Of a stretch of 64,000 nt of DNA, positions 10,677-21,490 are shown piece by piece. The translations under genes were made by a program, and so were the position numbers. The first letter of the stretch is position 1. Each line of letters opens with the position of its first letter. Source of the stretch: an uncultured Spirochaetaceae bacterium. Its GTDB lineage: Bacteria; Spirochaetota; Spirochaetia; Sphaerochaetales; Sphaerochaetaceae. The stretch covers positions 67,180 through 131,179 of the forward strand of contig CAMDZB010000001.1 in NCBI GenBank assembly GCA_945910645.1, given 5' to 3'. The notes beneath the pieces were generated by a model. It saw only the letters and a list, made by a program, of their open reading frames with translations. It did no database searches and was not told where the DNA came from.

Positions 10677-13202
10677 TTATTTAATTACTATATTTACGAT
10701 TTTGCCAGGAATCGCGATCTCTTTTACGATGGTATGCCCATCAAGATACTTCTTTACGTTCTCCTCGCTCTTTGCAGCATTCAGCATATCCTCACTCGTT
10801 GCGTCTGTTGATACAGAGATGCTTCCTCTGAGCTTTCCGTTCACCTGGACGCCAATCGTGATTGTGTCATCCTTACAGAGCGCTTCATCGTATGTAGGCC
10901 ATGGCTGTTTTGTAACAGATGGCTTTTCTCCAAGCATACTCCACATTTCCTCAGCAAGGTGAGGTGTATATGGCGAGAGTAATAGCGTTAGGGTCTTAAC
11001 CGCTTCTCGTGGTGCTTTTTGAAGCTTAACAAGGTCATTTACGTACACCATAAGGGCTGAAATGCCTGTGTTAAAGTTAAGCGTGTCTGTGTCCTCTGTA
11101 ACCTTTTTAATAGTCTTATGCATGAGCTTACGAAGATCATCTGTCATCGTTGCGTTGTTATCCAAGGATGTTGCGATTTTCCATACCTTCTCAACAAAAC
11201 GCCAGAGTCCGATAAGTCCATCAGTTTGCCATGGCTTTGACATCTCAAGAGGACCCATGAACATCTCATAGAGGCGCATTGTGTCAGCTCCATATTCGTT
11301 GATTATATCATCAGGATTTATCACGTTCTTAAGGCTCTTTGACATCTTTGCAATAACCTTTTCAAGTTCCGCGCCGTCTTCCTTAAAGTAGTACTTTCCG
11401 TCTTTCTCTTCAACCTGATCTGTAGGAACAAGAACGCCGTTGTCCTTTCTCTTAAATGCAAATGCTGTGATCAATCCTTGATTGATTAGTTTCTGGAATG
11501 GCTCCTTTGTGCTCACAAGTCCAAGATCGTATAGGACCTTGTGCCAGAATCGTGCATAAAGCAGGTGTAATACCGCATGCTCTGCCCCTCCAACATAGAG
11601 GTCTACAGGCATCCAATACTGCTCTTTCTCCTTTGATACAAACTCGCGCGAATTATGTGGATCTAGGTATCTAAGATAATACCAGCATGATCCTGCCCAC
11701 TGTGGCATCGTATTAGTCTCACGCCTTGCCTTTCCTCCGCAATGAGGGCATGTAGTCTCAACAAACGACTTTTCATGCGCAAGTGGACTCTCACCGTCAT
11801 CTGTAGGCTCGTATGTCTTCACGTTTGGAAGTAAAAGTGGAAGATCCTTCTCATCAAGTGGAACTATTCCGCATTTATCGCAGTGTACAAGTGGAATTGG
11901 CTCTCCCCAGAAGCGCTGACGTGAAAATATCCAGTCTCTGAGTTTGTAGTTTACGGTCTTCTTACCGCACTTATTTGCCTCAAGCCACTCTATCATCTTG
12001 TCGATTGCTTCTTTCTTACCAAGGCCGTCAAGGAAGCCTGAATTTACGTGTTCACCGTCCCCCTCGTACACCTCTTCATCAACGCTTTTTGGACTCTTTA
12101 ACACGCCAATTATAGGAAGATTGAATTTTTTTGCAAAGTCCCAGTCGCGCTTATCGTGTGCAGGTACAGCCATGATTGCACCCGTTCCGTATGATGATAG
12201 TACATAATCGCTTATCCAAATTGGAACCTTCTTGCCGTTAACAGGATTGATTGCGTATGATCCGATGAACACGCCTGTCTTATCCTTCTGAAGGTCTGTT
12301 CTATCAAGATCGCTCTTCTTTGCAGCCTCATCCTGATATGCTTTAACCTCAGCTTTTTTATCATCTGTTGTTAATTTCGATACAAGGCGATGCTCAGGAG
12401 ATAGCACAAGATAGGTTGCACCAAAAAGGGTATCAGGGCGCGTTGTGAACACCTCAATCTCATCACCCTCTTCGCTTTTGAAGTAAACAGCAGCACCTAT
12501 AGACTTACCAATCCAGTTGCGCTGCATAGTCTTTACACTTTCAGGCCAGTCGAGTGTATCAAGATCTTCAAGTAGCTTCTCGGCATAATCTGTGATCTTA
12601 AGCACCCACTGTCTTATTGGGCGTCGTGTGACAATGTTACCACATCTTTCGCACTTTCCGTTAACTACCTCTTCGTTTGCAAGTCCTGTCTTACAATGTG
12701 AGCACCAGTTGATTGGCATTTGACTCTCGTATGCGAGTCCTTTTTTATAAAGCTGTAGGAATATCCACTCAGTCCATTTGTAGTAGTCAGGATCGCTTGT
12801 TTTAATCTCTCTGTCCCAGTCGTATGAGAATCCGAGCGCCTTAATCTGCCTCTTGAAGTTCTCTATGTTTTTATTCGTGGTGATCTCAGGGTGTGTGCCT
12901 GTCTGGAGGGCATAGTTTTCTGCAGGGAGTCCAAACGAGTCGAATCCCATTGGATGAAGCACATTATAGCCACACATTCTCTTAAAGCGTGAGTAAATGT
13001 CCGTGGCTGTGTAGCCTTCAGGATGCCCCACGTGTAGTCCTGCGCCCGATGGATATGGGAACATATCTAGAATGTAGAGTCGTTTCTCCTTAGGAACACT
13101 CTCATCCTCAACTGCCTTATAGGTGTGATTATCTTCCCAATACTTCTGCCATTTCTTTTCTATATCTTTAAATGGATATGATGTAGTTTTTTCTGATGCC
13201 AT
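10677..13202 (-). CDS. leuS: Leucine--tRNA ligase
   Basis: The HIGH motif (HVGHPEGY) and KMSKS motif (AKMSKSLKN) are present. At 841 aa the length is typical of bacterial LeuS. Confidence 0.97.
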   Translation of the reverse strand: MASEKTTSYPFKDIEKKWQKYWEDNHTYKAVEDESVPKEKRLYILDMFPYPSGAGLHVGHPEGYTATDIYSRFKRMCGYNVLHPMGFDSFGLPAENYALQTGTHPEITTNKNIENFKRQIKALGFSYDWDREIKTSDPDYYKWTEWIFLQLYKKGLAYESQMPINWCSHCKTGLANEEVVNGKCERCGNIVTRRPIRQWVLKITDYAEKLLEDLDTLDWPESVKTMQRNWIGKSIGAAVYFKSEEGDEIEVFTTRPDTLFGATYLVLSPEHRLVSKLTTDDKKAEVKAYQDEAAKKSDLDRTDLQKDKTGVFIGSYAINPVNGKKVPIWISDYVLSSYGTGAIMAVPAHDKRDWDFAKKFNLPIIGVLKSPKSVDEEVYEGDGEHVNSGFLDGLGKKEAIDKMIEWLEANKCGKKTVNYKLRDWIFSRQRFWGEPIPLVHCDKCGIVPLDEKDLPLLLPNVKTYEPTDDGESPLAHEKSFVETTCPHCGGKARRETNTMPQWAGSCWYYLRYLDPHNSREFVSKEKEQYWMPVDLYVGGAEHAVLHLLYARFWHKVLYDLGLVSTKEPFQKLINQGLITAFAFKRKDNGVLVPTDQVEEKDGKYYFKEDGAELEKVIAKMSKSLKNVINPDDIINEYGADTMRLYEMFMGPLEMSKPWQTDGLIGLWRFVEKVWKIATSLDNNATMTDDLRKLMHKTIKKVTEDTDTLNFNTGISALMVYVNDLVKLQKAPREAVKTLTLLLSPYTPHLAEEMWSMLGEKPSVTKQPWPTYDEALCKDDTITIGVQVNGKLRGSISVSTDATSEDMLNAAKSEENVKKYLDGHTIVKEIAIPGKIVNIVIK

Positions 13203-13292
13203 ATTCTACTTATTCTATAATAAAATTTTAATCTTTTGTAGTCATTATTTTCTGTGGTTTTAATTTGCGATTCTTTGTATAATAAAATTGAT

Positions 13293-13697
13293 ATGTATTT
13301 AGATGCAGAGGTAATCAAAACCAATAGCGACGGCACAGTTCTTTTAAAAGCGGATTGTAACAAGTCTTGTTCAACCTGCAAGGGTACCATATTCTGTAAG
13401 CAAAAGGATACAACATTTTCTGCAAAGTACAGCGGTGGAAATCTTGATAAAGACAACAGAGTACGAGTGTATCTTCCGCCACGTCAAACCATAATTGCAA
13501 CGGCGCTTCTATTCTGCCTTCCAATAATCATAATGGGCGCATTTTTGCTTCTTGGACAGTTAAAAGTGCTTGGAGAAATGCTATCTGCAATCCTTGCAGT
13601 GCTCGGGCTGCTCCTCTCATACATCATACTTTTTGTAATCAACAGACATTCAAAGGATCACAACCTTCCCACGATAGTTGAAGTGTATGAGTCTTAA
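13293..13697 (+). CDS. RseC/MucC (SoxR-reducing system) family membrane protein
   Basis: The N-terminus has a Cys cluster (CNKSCSTCKG) followed by two TM helices. The start choice (ATG 13293 versus GTG 13254) is uncertain. Confidence 0.6.
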   Translation: MYLDAEVIKTNSDGTVLLKADCNKSCSTCKGTIFCKQKDTTFSAKYSGGNLDKDNRVRVYLPPRQTIIATALLFCLPIIIMGAFLLLGQLKVLGEMLSAILAVLGLLLSYIILFVINRHSKDHNLPTIVEVYES

Positions 13698-15021
13698 CGT
13701 CACTCAGGAACAAAAACAGCTACAAACTCAAACATTAAACCAATCTCTAATCGAAGCGCTGAACCTCCTTACAATGCCAAGTGCGGATTTGGAGGCTCAT
13801 CTTGAGGAGGAATGCGAAAAGAATCCGCTTCTTAAAATCACACGTAAAAGCAACGTGAGGGATATAAATGCATCCTACGTATCCCCATCATCAATTGAGA
13901 AGAGCAACAACTATCAGGCGATGTTAAACCAAGTGCCAAGCCTCGATGAGACCCTCCCTGATACGCTAAAGTCACAGCTTAACACTCTCATTCTTGATAA
14001 GGATGAAAAAACTATCGGCAAACTCATAATATCTGCACTCGATGAAAACGGACTTTTACATGCATCAAAAGAAGAACTACTTAAAAATATCAACGCCAAG
14101 GATAAATACGAAATCTTTGAAAAAGTGCGTGAACTGATCAAGGGTTTTGATCCTCAAGGTTCGGCATCATACACAGTCTGGGAAGCCATGAAATGCGCCC
14201 TTGATGCATTAAAGTCACAGGGTAAAATCACCGAAAAGGAATATGAGCTTACAGAGCCACTCATAAGCGAGGAAGGCTTCAGTTTGATTGCCAAGGGTAA
14301 GGAAAATGCCATTGCGCGTCACCTCAATGTAGACACGGAGAGAGCTAAGGAAATACTCTCGATAATCAAGTCCCTCTCCCCATATCCTGGAAGCGGATAC
14401 AGTGCCGCTCCTTCTACATACGTGCTTCCTGAAATCTCTATAAAAAAGAACAAGGACGGCTCACTCACCGTATCCCTGATGAACGACTTTATCCCGAGCA
14501 TCACCATAGACGATGAATACATCAAGCTTCTGAACACCACGGATGACCCAAACACAAAAAAGTATCTTGATTCAAATAAAAAGAAGGCAGAGAGCCTCAT
14601 TTCAGCCCTGGAGGAACGCGACAACACGCTTCTATTGATTGGAAGAGTGCTTGCATCAAAACAATACGGCTTCTTTACAAAAGGTCCCTTCTACATTGCG
14701 CCACTCACGCTTAAAGAGGTTGCAAACGAGATCAACAGGGATGAATCCACAATCTCAAGAATCACATCATCAAAGTACATCGAAACTGACTTTGGAATAT
14801 TTCCACTCAAAACTTTCTTCTCAAGAAGTGGCGGCACCACATCGGATGGAAGTGCAATCTCACGTGATAAAATCAAACTCATCCTTAAAGAGATAATCGA
14901 AACATACGAAAAAGAAGGCAAACGACTCAGCGATGAAAAACTCAGAGCTGAACTTGAAAGGAAAGACATCAACCTCTCCCGCCGCACAGTGAACAAATAC
15001 AGACTTGAACTTGGACTTTAA
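13687..15021 (+). CDS. rpoN: RNA polymerase sigma-54 factor
   Basis: The N-terminus is Gln/Leu-rich (QEQKQLQTQTLNQSL). The C-terminus carries an RpoN box (SRRTVNKYR). The ATG at 13687 overlaps the upstream gene's end; the track start at 13678 is a TTG. Confidence 0.9.
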   Translation: MSLNVTQEQKQLQTQTLNQSLIEALNLLTMPSADLEAHLEEECEKNPLLKITRKSNVRDINASYVSPSSIEKSNNYQAMLNQVPSLDETLPDTLKSQLNTLILDKDEKTIGKLIISALDENGLLHASKEELLKNINAKDKYEIFEKVRELIKGFDPQGSASYTVWEAMKCALDALKSQGKITEKEYELTEPLISEEGFSLIAKGKENAIARHLNVDTERAKEILSIIKSLSPYPGSGYSAAPSTYVLPEISIKKNKDGSLTVSLMNDFIPSITIDDEYIKLLNTTDDPNTKKYLDSNKKKAESLISALEERDNTLLLIGRVLASKQYGFFTKGPFYIAPLTLKEVANEINRDESTISRITSSKYIETDFGIFPLKTFFSRSGGTTSDGSAISRDKIKLILKEIIETYEKEGKRLSDEKLRAELERKDINLSRRTVNKYRLELGL

Positions 15022-15104
15022 ACATAGATTCACCTAATCTTTGCCTCACTATTCTTTTGCAATTCAAAGCCTTTATTTTATATTATACACAGTAGGAGTA
15101 AACA

Positions 15105-15506
15105 ATGAAGAAGTTCTTAGAAGAGTTTAAAGCGTTTGCACTTAAGGGCAACATGGTAGACATGGCTATTGGTATGATTATTGCAACTGCATTTTCTGCA
15201 CTTGTAAAGTCGCTTACAGAAACTATCATCAATCCGTTTATCGGTCTCTTGTTTCAGGTGAATCTTGATAAAGTAGGCCTTAGAATTGCTTTTGGTGAAA
15301 AAGAGGTATTCTTTGCATTCGGCACGTTTGTAAGCGCAGTGATCAACTTTATAATACTTGCATTTGTACTCTTCTGCTTTTTAAAAATAGCAAACAGATT
15401 CAAGAAAAAGCCTCTCCCCCCTCCTGCCCCAACAACAAACGAAATCCTTACAGAAATACTTGATGAGGTTAAGACTTTAAAATTAGAGAACAGCAAACGA
15501 GATTAA
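15105..15506 (+). CDS. mscL: Large-conductance mechanosensitive channel
   Basis: FKAFALKGNMVDMAIGMIIATAF matches the MscL N-terminal signature. The 133-aa product has two TM segments. Confidence 0.92.
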   Translation: MKKFLEEFKAFALKGNMVDMAIGMIIATAFSALVKSLTETIINPFIGLLFQVNLDKVGLRIAFGEKEVFFAFGTFVSAVINFIILAFVLFCFLKIANRFKKKPLPPPAPTTNEILTEILDEVKTLKLENSKRD

Positions 15507-18391
15507 ACAACAAGGTTAAGCCTTGCGATAAGCGAGATCTTGCCCCACGGTGATGTTCCACGCATAGCAAAGTTATCAATATTGCTGTCAGAGAGCCAAT
15601 CCATGTCGTATCTCACTCCAAGGTCTACCTTTGGTGATGAAAGAGCAGCACTCAAGAAAGCTGCAGAGATTGTAAAGTATCCTTCTACTCCAAGCCCAAC
15701 ATTCAAAAGATGATGCTTATTTACGCTGTCTATCACCCAGTTATAGAGCGCCGAACTCTCCACCTCAAACGTAAAGCGGTTAATTGCAAACGGGAAGTAA
15801 TCAGAGATGATCTTATCAACAGCAAACGAAAAGAGAACAAGCTTCACCTTAACTCCTGCGCCAAGTAGGTGTGAGTAAGCCTCTGATGCTTTATTAGTAT
15901 ACTCCTTTTCGCCGTTCATGTTGTATCCCACACCAAACGAAAGCTTTAAAGGTAAGTTAAATGTTGCTGTAGGCAGGTTCTTCACAGGGATAATGCGAGG
16001 AATATAGAAGTTTGCATATGCGTTTGTTAAAAGGAAGAACGGATTTGTATACGTGGTCTCTTTGAGGTTCAAATTCGCGCCTATCTGCCATCCTGCATAT
16101 TCCTTAAAACCATAGCCTCTGCTCTTAACCGAGCTGTAGTGAGCATCAAATGAGCCGTAGAAGCCCTTATTGACGATATCAAGTGTACCGATGAAGCGGT
16201 GTATCCACCCAAAAGTTAGCGATGCCTTAATGTAGCTGTTGCTCGTCTTGAACTTGTACTTGTAGTCGGATGTCATAAAAAAGTCCGTAAAGAACGACAT
16301 TCCTGTTGTTTTATCAAAGTAGAGTAGCGGACGGATGCCAAAGTAAAGCTTAACAGGAAGAGCGTCAAATTCCCAGCCAAGCTCGAATGAGAGCCTGTTA
16401 GTCTCAAACCATTTATTGACTCCTCCTCTCACATACGGCCTTGGATTGTATGAAATTGAGATGTTGCTCTGCATGCTCTCTGTAGGGTCTGCACTGATGA
16501 ATGAAAGTCCTGCCTCAAGTTTTAGAGCGCTATCCTTTCTGTCGTATGAAAGTGGAATCAATGCACCCTTTCTCACAAACGGTACTGAATTGATAAAGCG
16601 TGAGTAATGGCGTGGCTCTGCAAGCTTCATAACACTATAATCCTGAACAGTGCCAATGTAATTCTTGATGCTTGTATCAACTTCGCGCGTTTTAAGATAT
16701 CCCACGTTCACCACAGTTGACTCTGTAAGTTCCATATCATCAATATGCATTAACGAGAGGCTGTCTGATGTAAACTTACGCGAGATAAAGTAGAGACTAT
16801 CCTCGCATACTATAGGACTCCATACGCCGCCGTCGATCTCCTTTTTGCCCTCAGCTGATGAGAGTAGCATTCCGCCCTTATTGAAGTTTAGGATTAGTAC
16901 GTTCGGATATGTGTTTGAGTTACGAACGCTTGCCTTATTCACATAGGACATTGTGATAATAATGTTGCTCTCGTTGATCTTAACGGATGAGAGATTACTC
17001 ACAAGCTTGCCTGGGAACGAGTAGACGTCGTTCTTGTTGTTTGTCATGTTATGAACAGCAAGTCTAATCTCATTACCATCCCTGAACAGAAACGCAAATG
17101 TGCTGTCATCAAAGCTTGCAAACGATAACGCTTCAACGCCGTATGATAGCGGATATGAGTATAAGAGTTCACCCTTAAGGCTGTATGCGACAATGTCGTT
17201 ATACGCGCCGTTTACCCTCTCGCCCACTATTATTGCCTCACTGCGGAACGAGCTAAAAGCGATGTGTCTTATGTTCTCTAGCGTTAAAATACAGCCGCTT
17301 TCCCTCTCATAAACGTGTGCAACGTCATTTGAATTGTACTTTGTTGAATATGCATAGTATCTGCCGTCGTATGAGACTGCAAGTGAATCAAACACGCCAC
17401 CGATATCAGCAATCTTATCAATTCCTCTTGCGCCGTAACGGTAGATTTCCTTTGTGCTTGTATCACTAAAATAGAAGTTACTGTCTGCAAATTTCAGGCT
17501 CTTGTACTCGCCGCTGCCTCCAAGTGCTTTTTTTGGATACACTATGTCACCAGGATACGGAAGGGATGCTATAAATGCCCTCCACGCATCGGATACATCC
17601 ATATCGTAAATTCGCGTAAATAGGTACGGGAAACTGAACATGTTACCAAAACCCGCGATGAACTTATAGAACTTCTTTGTACCATACTCATGCCTTAAAA
17701 AGTCTATAAATGCACCACCTGCGATGTATTCAAACTCCGGTATTGGATCTGTTTCATTCCATCCCATAAGATAGCGCCACTCAGGGAACTTCTGCTCGTG
17801 TAGAGCCTGTCTTAAGCGTGATGTGACAAATGGATTGTTAAGGCGTCCATCCGTCCCCCTGCTTTCAAATGCAACCGCAAGCCCTTCAATTATAAAGTTA
17901 GGAAGGAACATGCCGTTTGAGAAGTAGTCGCCAAAGAATACGCTTGCCCCTTGCATTGTAGGGTCATGAATCTTAAGAGTGTAAGCATGAACAACCTCGT
18001 GCTCGAATGTAGAGAGTAGTGTATCCTTAAACGATGAAAGCGACCCCTCATCAGGAGATGTCACGTACAAAACCACATGCGACGATGTATACGGCGTATA
18101 GTAAGCGTTAAGCGACGCGCTTTTATCCGCTGTGAGCACCACACTGAGACGCCCTGCATTCCAAGGCGCTCCAAAGTACTCGATTAGATCGTTATAAGTA
18201 TTCTCCGCATGCTGGTATAGATGTAAAGCTTCTTTTTCTAAGTTCTGTGGATAGATGAATTCAAAATGCTCAGTCTTAATTGACGATAAAGAATAAACAC
18301 CATCGTACGCACTGTCGATTATTAAAGGTTCTGCAAATGTTGGAAAAATACAAATACACAAGATGCCAAGTATTAACAGAAGTTTTTTCAC
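15503..18391 (-). CDS. Large secreted HEXXH-motif protein of unknown function
   Basis: The signal peptide is KKLLLILGILCICIFPTFA. An HEVVH zincin-like motif sits in the N-terminal domain, followed by a long beta-rich C-terminal region. The start is reset to GTG 18391 with RBS AAGGAGAGG, because the track's N-terminal extension (to 18445) runs into the tRNA-Arg gene. Confidence 0.6.
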   Translation of the reverse strand: MKKLLLILGILCICIFPTFAEPLIIDSAYDGVYSLSSIKTEHFEFIYPQNLEKEALHLYQHAENTYNDLIEYFGAPWNAGRLSVVLTADKSASLNAYYTPYTSSHVVLYVTSPDEGSLSSFKDTLLSTFEHEVVHAYTLKIHDPTMQGASVFFGDYFSNGMFLPNFIIEGLAVAFESRGTDGRLNNPFVTSRLRQALHEQKFPEWRYLMGWNETDPIPEFEYIAGGAFIDFLRHEYGTKKFYKFIAGFGNMFSFPYLFTRIYDMDVSDAWRAFIASLPYPGDIVYPKKALGGSGEYKSLKFADSNFYFSDTSTKEIYRYGARGIDKIADIGGVFDSLAVSYDGRYYAYSTKYNSNDVAHVYERESGCILTLENIRHIAFSSFRSEAIIVGERVNGAYNDIVAYSLKGELLYSYPLSYGVEALSFASFDDSTFAFLFRDGNEIRLAVHNMTNNKNDVYSFPGKLVSNLSSVKINESNIIITMSYVNKASVRNSNTYPNVLILNFNKGGMLLSSAEGKKEIDGGVWSPIVCEDSLYFISRKFTSDSLSLMHIDDMELTESTVVNVGYLKTREVDTSIKNYIGTVQDYSVMKLAEPRHYSRFINSVPFVRKGALIPLSYDRKDSALKLEAGLSFISADPTESMQSNISISYNPRPYVRGGVNKWFETNRLSFELGWEFDALPVKLYFGIRPLLYFDKTTGMSFFTDFFMTSDYKYKFKTSNSYIKASLTFGWIHRFIGTLDIVNKGFYGSFDAHYSSVKSRGYGFKEYAGWQIGANLNLKETTYTNPFFLLTNAYANFYIPRIIPVKNLPTATFNLPLKLSFGVGYNMNGEKEYTNKASEAYSHLLGAGVKVKLVLFSFAVDKIISDYFPFAINRFTFEVESSALYNWVIDSVNKHHLLNVGLGVEGYFTISAAFLSAALSSPKVDLGVRYDMDWLSDSNIDNFAMRGTSPWGKISLIARLNLVV

Positions 18392-18413
18392 TTGCCTCTC
18401 CTTATAAAAAAAA

Positions 18414-18486
18414 CGCGCCAGGATGGAATCGAACCAACGACTCACAGCTTAGAAGGCTGTTACTCTATCCCCTGAGTTACTGGCGC
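18414..18486 (-). tRNA. tRNA-Arg (anticodon TCT)
   Basis: The reverse complement is GCGCCAGTAACTCAGGGGATAGAGTAACAGCCTTCTAAGCTGTGAGTCGTTGGTTCGATTCCATCCTGGCGCG. It folds as a cloverleaf with a 7-bp acceptor stem (GCGCCAG/CTGGCGC), a CT-TCT-AA anticodon loop and a GGTTCGATTCC T-arm. Confidence 0.9.
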
Positions 18487-18596
18487 AACACGATATTATC
18501 GATTATAAAAAATTTTATTCTTATTTTCAACACATGACGCGCTTTTACCGCTCACACTCTTCATAATCGTGGTCAAAACGCATCATGGATTCTAAT

Positions 18597-19793
18597 TTAC
18601 TGTTGATTCTTACTTTTATAATTCTTGATGATTTCAAGATACCTTTCTTGCACTTCCTTAACTCTATCCTGCCATGTGCTATATATTGTAACTCGTGCCT
18701 TTTCTCCAATCGCTTTGTGTTCATCCTGATGAGTAAGCGCCCATTTGATGGTATCAGCAATGTCCTCAGGATTATCCTTTGCAGTGTAGCCGTTAACCTT
18801 ATTCTCTACGCCTTCTGATGTCACAGAGCCCTCGCCAAACAGGGTTGGAACATTAAAGTACGCAGCCTCACGTTTAACAATACAAGCCGTATCATAATAC
18901 GATGGAAATAGTAGCATATACGAAATTGCATACATACCTGCAACTATGCTTCTGTCTACAAGCAAACCTGTAAAGATGAATGAATCGGTCATATTGTTCT
19001 TCTTCACAAAGTTCTTGTACTTATTTAAGTGTGGCCCCTGACCTACAAACACAGCCTTAAATTTAGTTCCGTTGTCGTGTAGGATTTTAAGCGCTTCAAG
19101 CACGTGCGGAAGGTTCTTTTTGTTGTGTTGTTGCCCAACATAAAGAAGGATTGGATCCTTGTTGTCCTCACCTACGATCGCCTTTGCTTTTTGTATGATA
19201 GATGCCTTTTGATCCTCAGAATCAACCTTAAAGTCACAGGCGTTATTACATATTTCAATGTTGGATCCAAAGTTGTATGGCGGTCTTTCGAACACCTTCT
19301 TTGACGTTGATGACACAGCCCAGAGAGAATCACACTGGCTGAATACCTTTCTGATCGACTTTAAAAACGCATTTGTAATAAACTTTGAGTTGTGAGTTGC
19401 AGACATAATGTCGTAGTAGAACTGCGAGTGGATTGTACCCACAGTTGGCACGTTCTGCATCTTTGCAATCTTAAGTCCCATCTTGCCCGTGTAAAACGGC
19501 GAGTGGATATGGATTATATCAAACTTGATCTTGTTGATGTTGTCGTAATCCTTTTTTGTAATCCTAAGAATGCCATATGGGCGTGAGAATGCAAACTTGA
19601 TCACCTTGAGTCTGTAGACGTTAGTTAAATGATTCTTTTCATCATAATGCGTCTTTTTAGCATCGCCGTAGTCCCCTGCGATCACATAGACTTCGTTGCC
19701 CATCGCCTCGAGGTTCTTCTTGTAATTTAACACAACTGACGCCACCCCATCCATTAAGGGTGGGAAGGCATCAACAAATAATCCAATAACCAT
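18597..19793 (-). CDS. Glycosyltransferase family 4 (GT-B fold)
   Basis: The 398-aa product has the N-terminal MVIGLFVDAFPPLMDGVA pattern typical of GT4 enzymes. The C-terminal half resembles the Glycos_transf_1 domain. Confidence 0.7.
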   Translation of the reverse strand: MVIGLFVDAFPPLMDGVASVVLNYKKNLEAMGNEVYVIAGDYGDAKKTHYDEKNHLTNVYRLKVIKFAFSRPYGILRITKKDYDNINKIKFDIIHIHSPFYTGKMGLKIAKMQNVPTVGTIHSQFYYDIMSATHNSKFITNAFLKSIRKVFSQCDSLWAVSSTSKKVFERPPYNFGSNIEICNNACDFKVDSEDQKASIIQKAKAIVGEDNKDPILLYVGQQHNKKNLPHVLEALKILHDNGTKFKAVFVGQGPHLNKYKNFVKKNNMTDSFIFTGLLVDRSIVAGMYAISYMLLFPSYYDTACIVKREAAYFNVPTLFGEGSVTSEGVENKVNGYTAKDNPEDIADTIKWALTHQDEHKAIGEKARVTIYSTWQDRVKEVQERYLEIIKNYKSKNQQ

Positions 19794-19810
19794 ATAATCC
19801 TACTTAAAAA

Positions 19811-21451
19811 TTATTTTACTATTGATGGAACGTAATTCTTTGGAACTGAGTAATCAAGCATCCTAATAACAGTTGATGCAACTGATGCAATACCAAGTCC
19901 ACTCTCAAGCTCTTTACTGTATTCACCGTTGTATGATGGATCATATACGATAAATGGAACAGGATTGAGCGAGTGGCTAGTCTTTGCCTGTGGAGCACCG
20001 TTCTCCTTAATCTTTACACTGCCATCCTTCTTATGCTCAAACATGTCGTCAGCATTTCCGTGATCTGCTGTAATTAGAAGAACGCTTCCTGTTTTCTCTG
20101 CAACTTCCTTAAGACGTGCAAGCTGAAGATCAAGCGCCTCCATTGAACAAAGAACAGCCTCGTATACTCCAGTGTGACCAACCATATCACCGTTTGGGTA
20201 ATTTAGTTTAATAAAGTTCCACTTACCACTTTCAATTTCCTCAATCACGCGGTCTGTGATCTCTGCACACTTCATCCATGGACGCTGTTCAAATGGTACA
20301 ATATCTGATGGAACTTCAGCGTACTCCTCAAGCTTTTCATTGAATTTTCCGCTCTTATTGCCGTTAAAGAAGTAAGTAACATGTCCGTACTTCTGCGTTT
20401 CTGAAATCGAGAACTGTTTCAGTCCTACATCGCAAAGGTGCTCTGCAAGCGTCTCTGTAATTTCAGGAGGTGATACAAGGTAGTGATGTGGAACGTGTAA
20501 GTCGCCGTCGTACTCCATCATACCTGCATACTCAACTTTTGGATAACGTACACGGTCGAACTCAGTAAGGGTTTCGCTCTCAAATGCCTTTGTAATCTCA
20601 AGCGCTCTGTCTCCTCTGAAGTTAAAGAGTATAAATGAATCGCCATCGTTTACCTTGCCAACAGGCTCGCCGCTATCATCTGCAATCACAAACGGTGGAA
20701 GATCCTGATCTATTGCGTGCGTCTCTTCACGTAGCGTCTTTATAGCCTCAATGCTGCTCTTGAACTTTCTTCCATCTCCAAGAACGTGGATATGCCATCC
20801 GTCTTCAACCATCTTCCAGTTGGCATTGTACCTGTCCATAGTGATGACCATACGACCACCGCCTGAAGCGATACGAGCATCAAATTTATCATCGCTGATC
20901 TTTTTAAGGAAATCCTCAAATGGTTCAAAGTACTCAAGGGCGCTTGTTTCTCCAACATCACGTCCATCAAGAAGGGCATGAATGCGTACCTTACTAACTC
21001 CATCCTTCTTGGCTCGCTCTACCATTTTATAAAGGTGATTTATATTTGAGTGAACATTACCATCGCTCATTAGCCCTAAGAAATGCAATGTACTCTTATT
21101 GTTAATTACGTTGCTAACAAGCCTCTTCCAGGTGTCACCCTCAAAGATTTTACCACTCTCGATGGCCTCCTCTACAAGGCTTGCACCCTGTGAAAATACA
21201 CGGCCTGCGCCCATTGCATTATGGCCAACTTCACTATTACCCATATCCGCATCTGATGGAAGACCTACAGCCTTTCCGTGTGCCTTAAGTGTGGTATTAG
21301 GACAGTTCTTCAAGAACCAATCCAATGTTTCTGTATGTGCATTTTTGACGGCATCTCCATCGCTAAACTTACCGATTCCGACACCGTCCATAATAACTAG
21401 AACAACAGCTCCTTTACGGTTAATTTTGTTTAATTTTACAATCTTTTCCAT
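19811..21451 (-). CDS. gpmI: 2,3-bisphosphoglycerate-independent phosphoglycerate mutase
   Basis: Motifs are VLVIMDGVGIG, MGNSEVGHNAMGAGR and ITADHGNAD. The product is 546 aa. Confidence 0.95.
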   Translation of the reverse strand: MEKIVKLNKINRKGAVVLVIMDGVGIGKFSDGDAVKNAHTETLDWFLKNCPNTTLKAHGKAVGLPSDADMGNSEVGHNAMGAGRVFSQGASLVEEAIESGKIFEGDTWKRLVSNVINNKSTLHFLGLMSDGNVHSNINHLYKMVERAKKDGVSKVRIHALLDGRDVGETSALEYFEPFEDFLKKISDDKFDARIASGGGRMVITMDRYNANWKMVEDGWHIHVLGDGRKFKSSIEAIKTLREETHAIDQDLPPFVIADDSGEPVGKVNDGDSFILFNFRGDRALEITKAFESETLTEFDRVRYPKVEYAGMMEYDGDLHVPHHYLVSPPEITETLAEHLCDVGLKQFSISETQKYGHVTYFFNGNKSGKFNEKLEEYAEVPSDIVPFEQRPWMKCAEITDRVIEEIESGKWNFIKLNYPNGDMVGHTGVYEAVLCSMEALDLQLARLKEVAEKTGSVLLITADHGNADDMFEHKKDGSVKIKENGAPQAKTSHSLNPVPFIVYDPSYNGEYSKELESGLGIASVASTVIRMLDYSVPKNYVPSIVK

Positions 21452-21490
21452 AAAAGAGAATATAACATAATTTATTTCATGTGTACAGAA

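Noticed and set aside
18280-18537. An 85-aa plus-strand ORF.
   Set aside because: It lies antisense across the tRNA-Arg gene and the start of the HEXXH protein gene. It is a shadow ORF.
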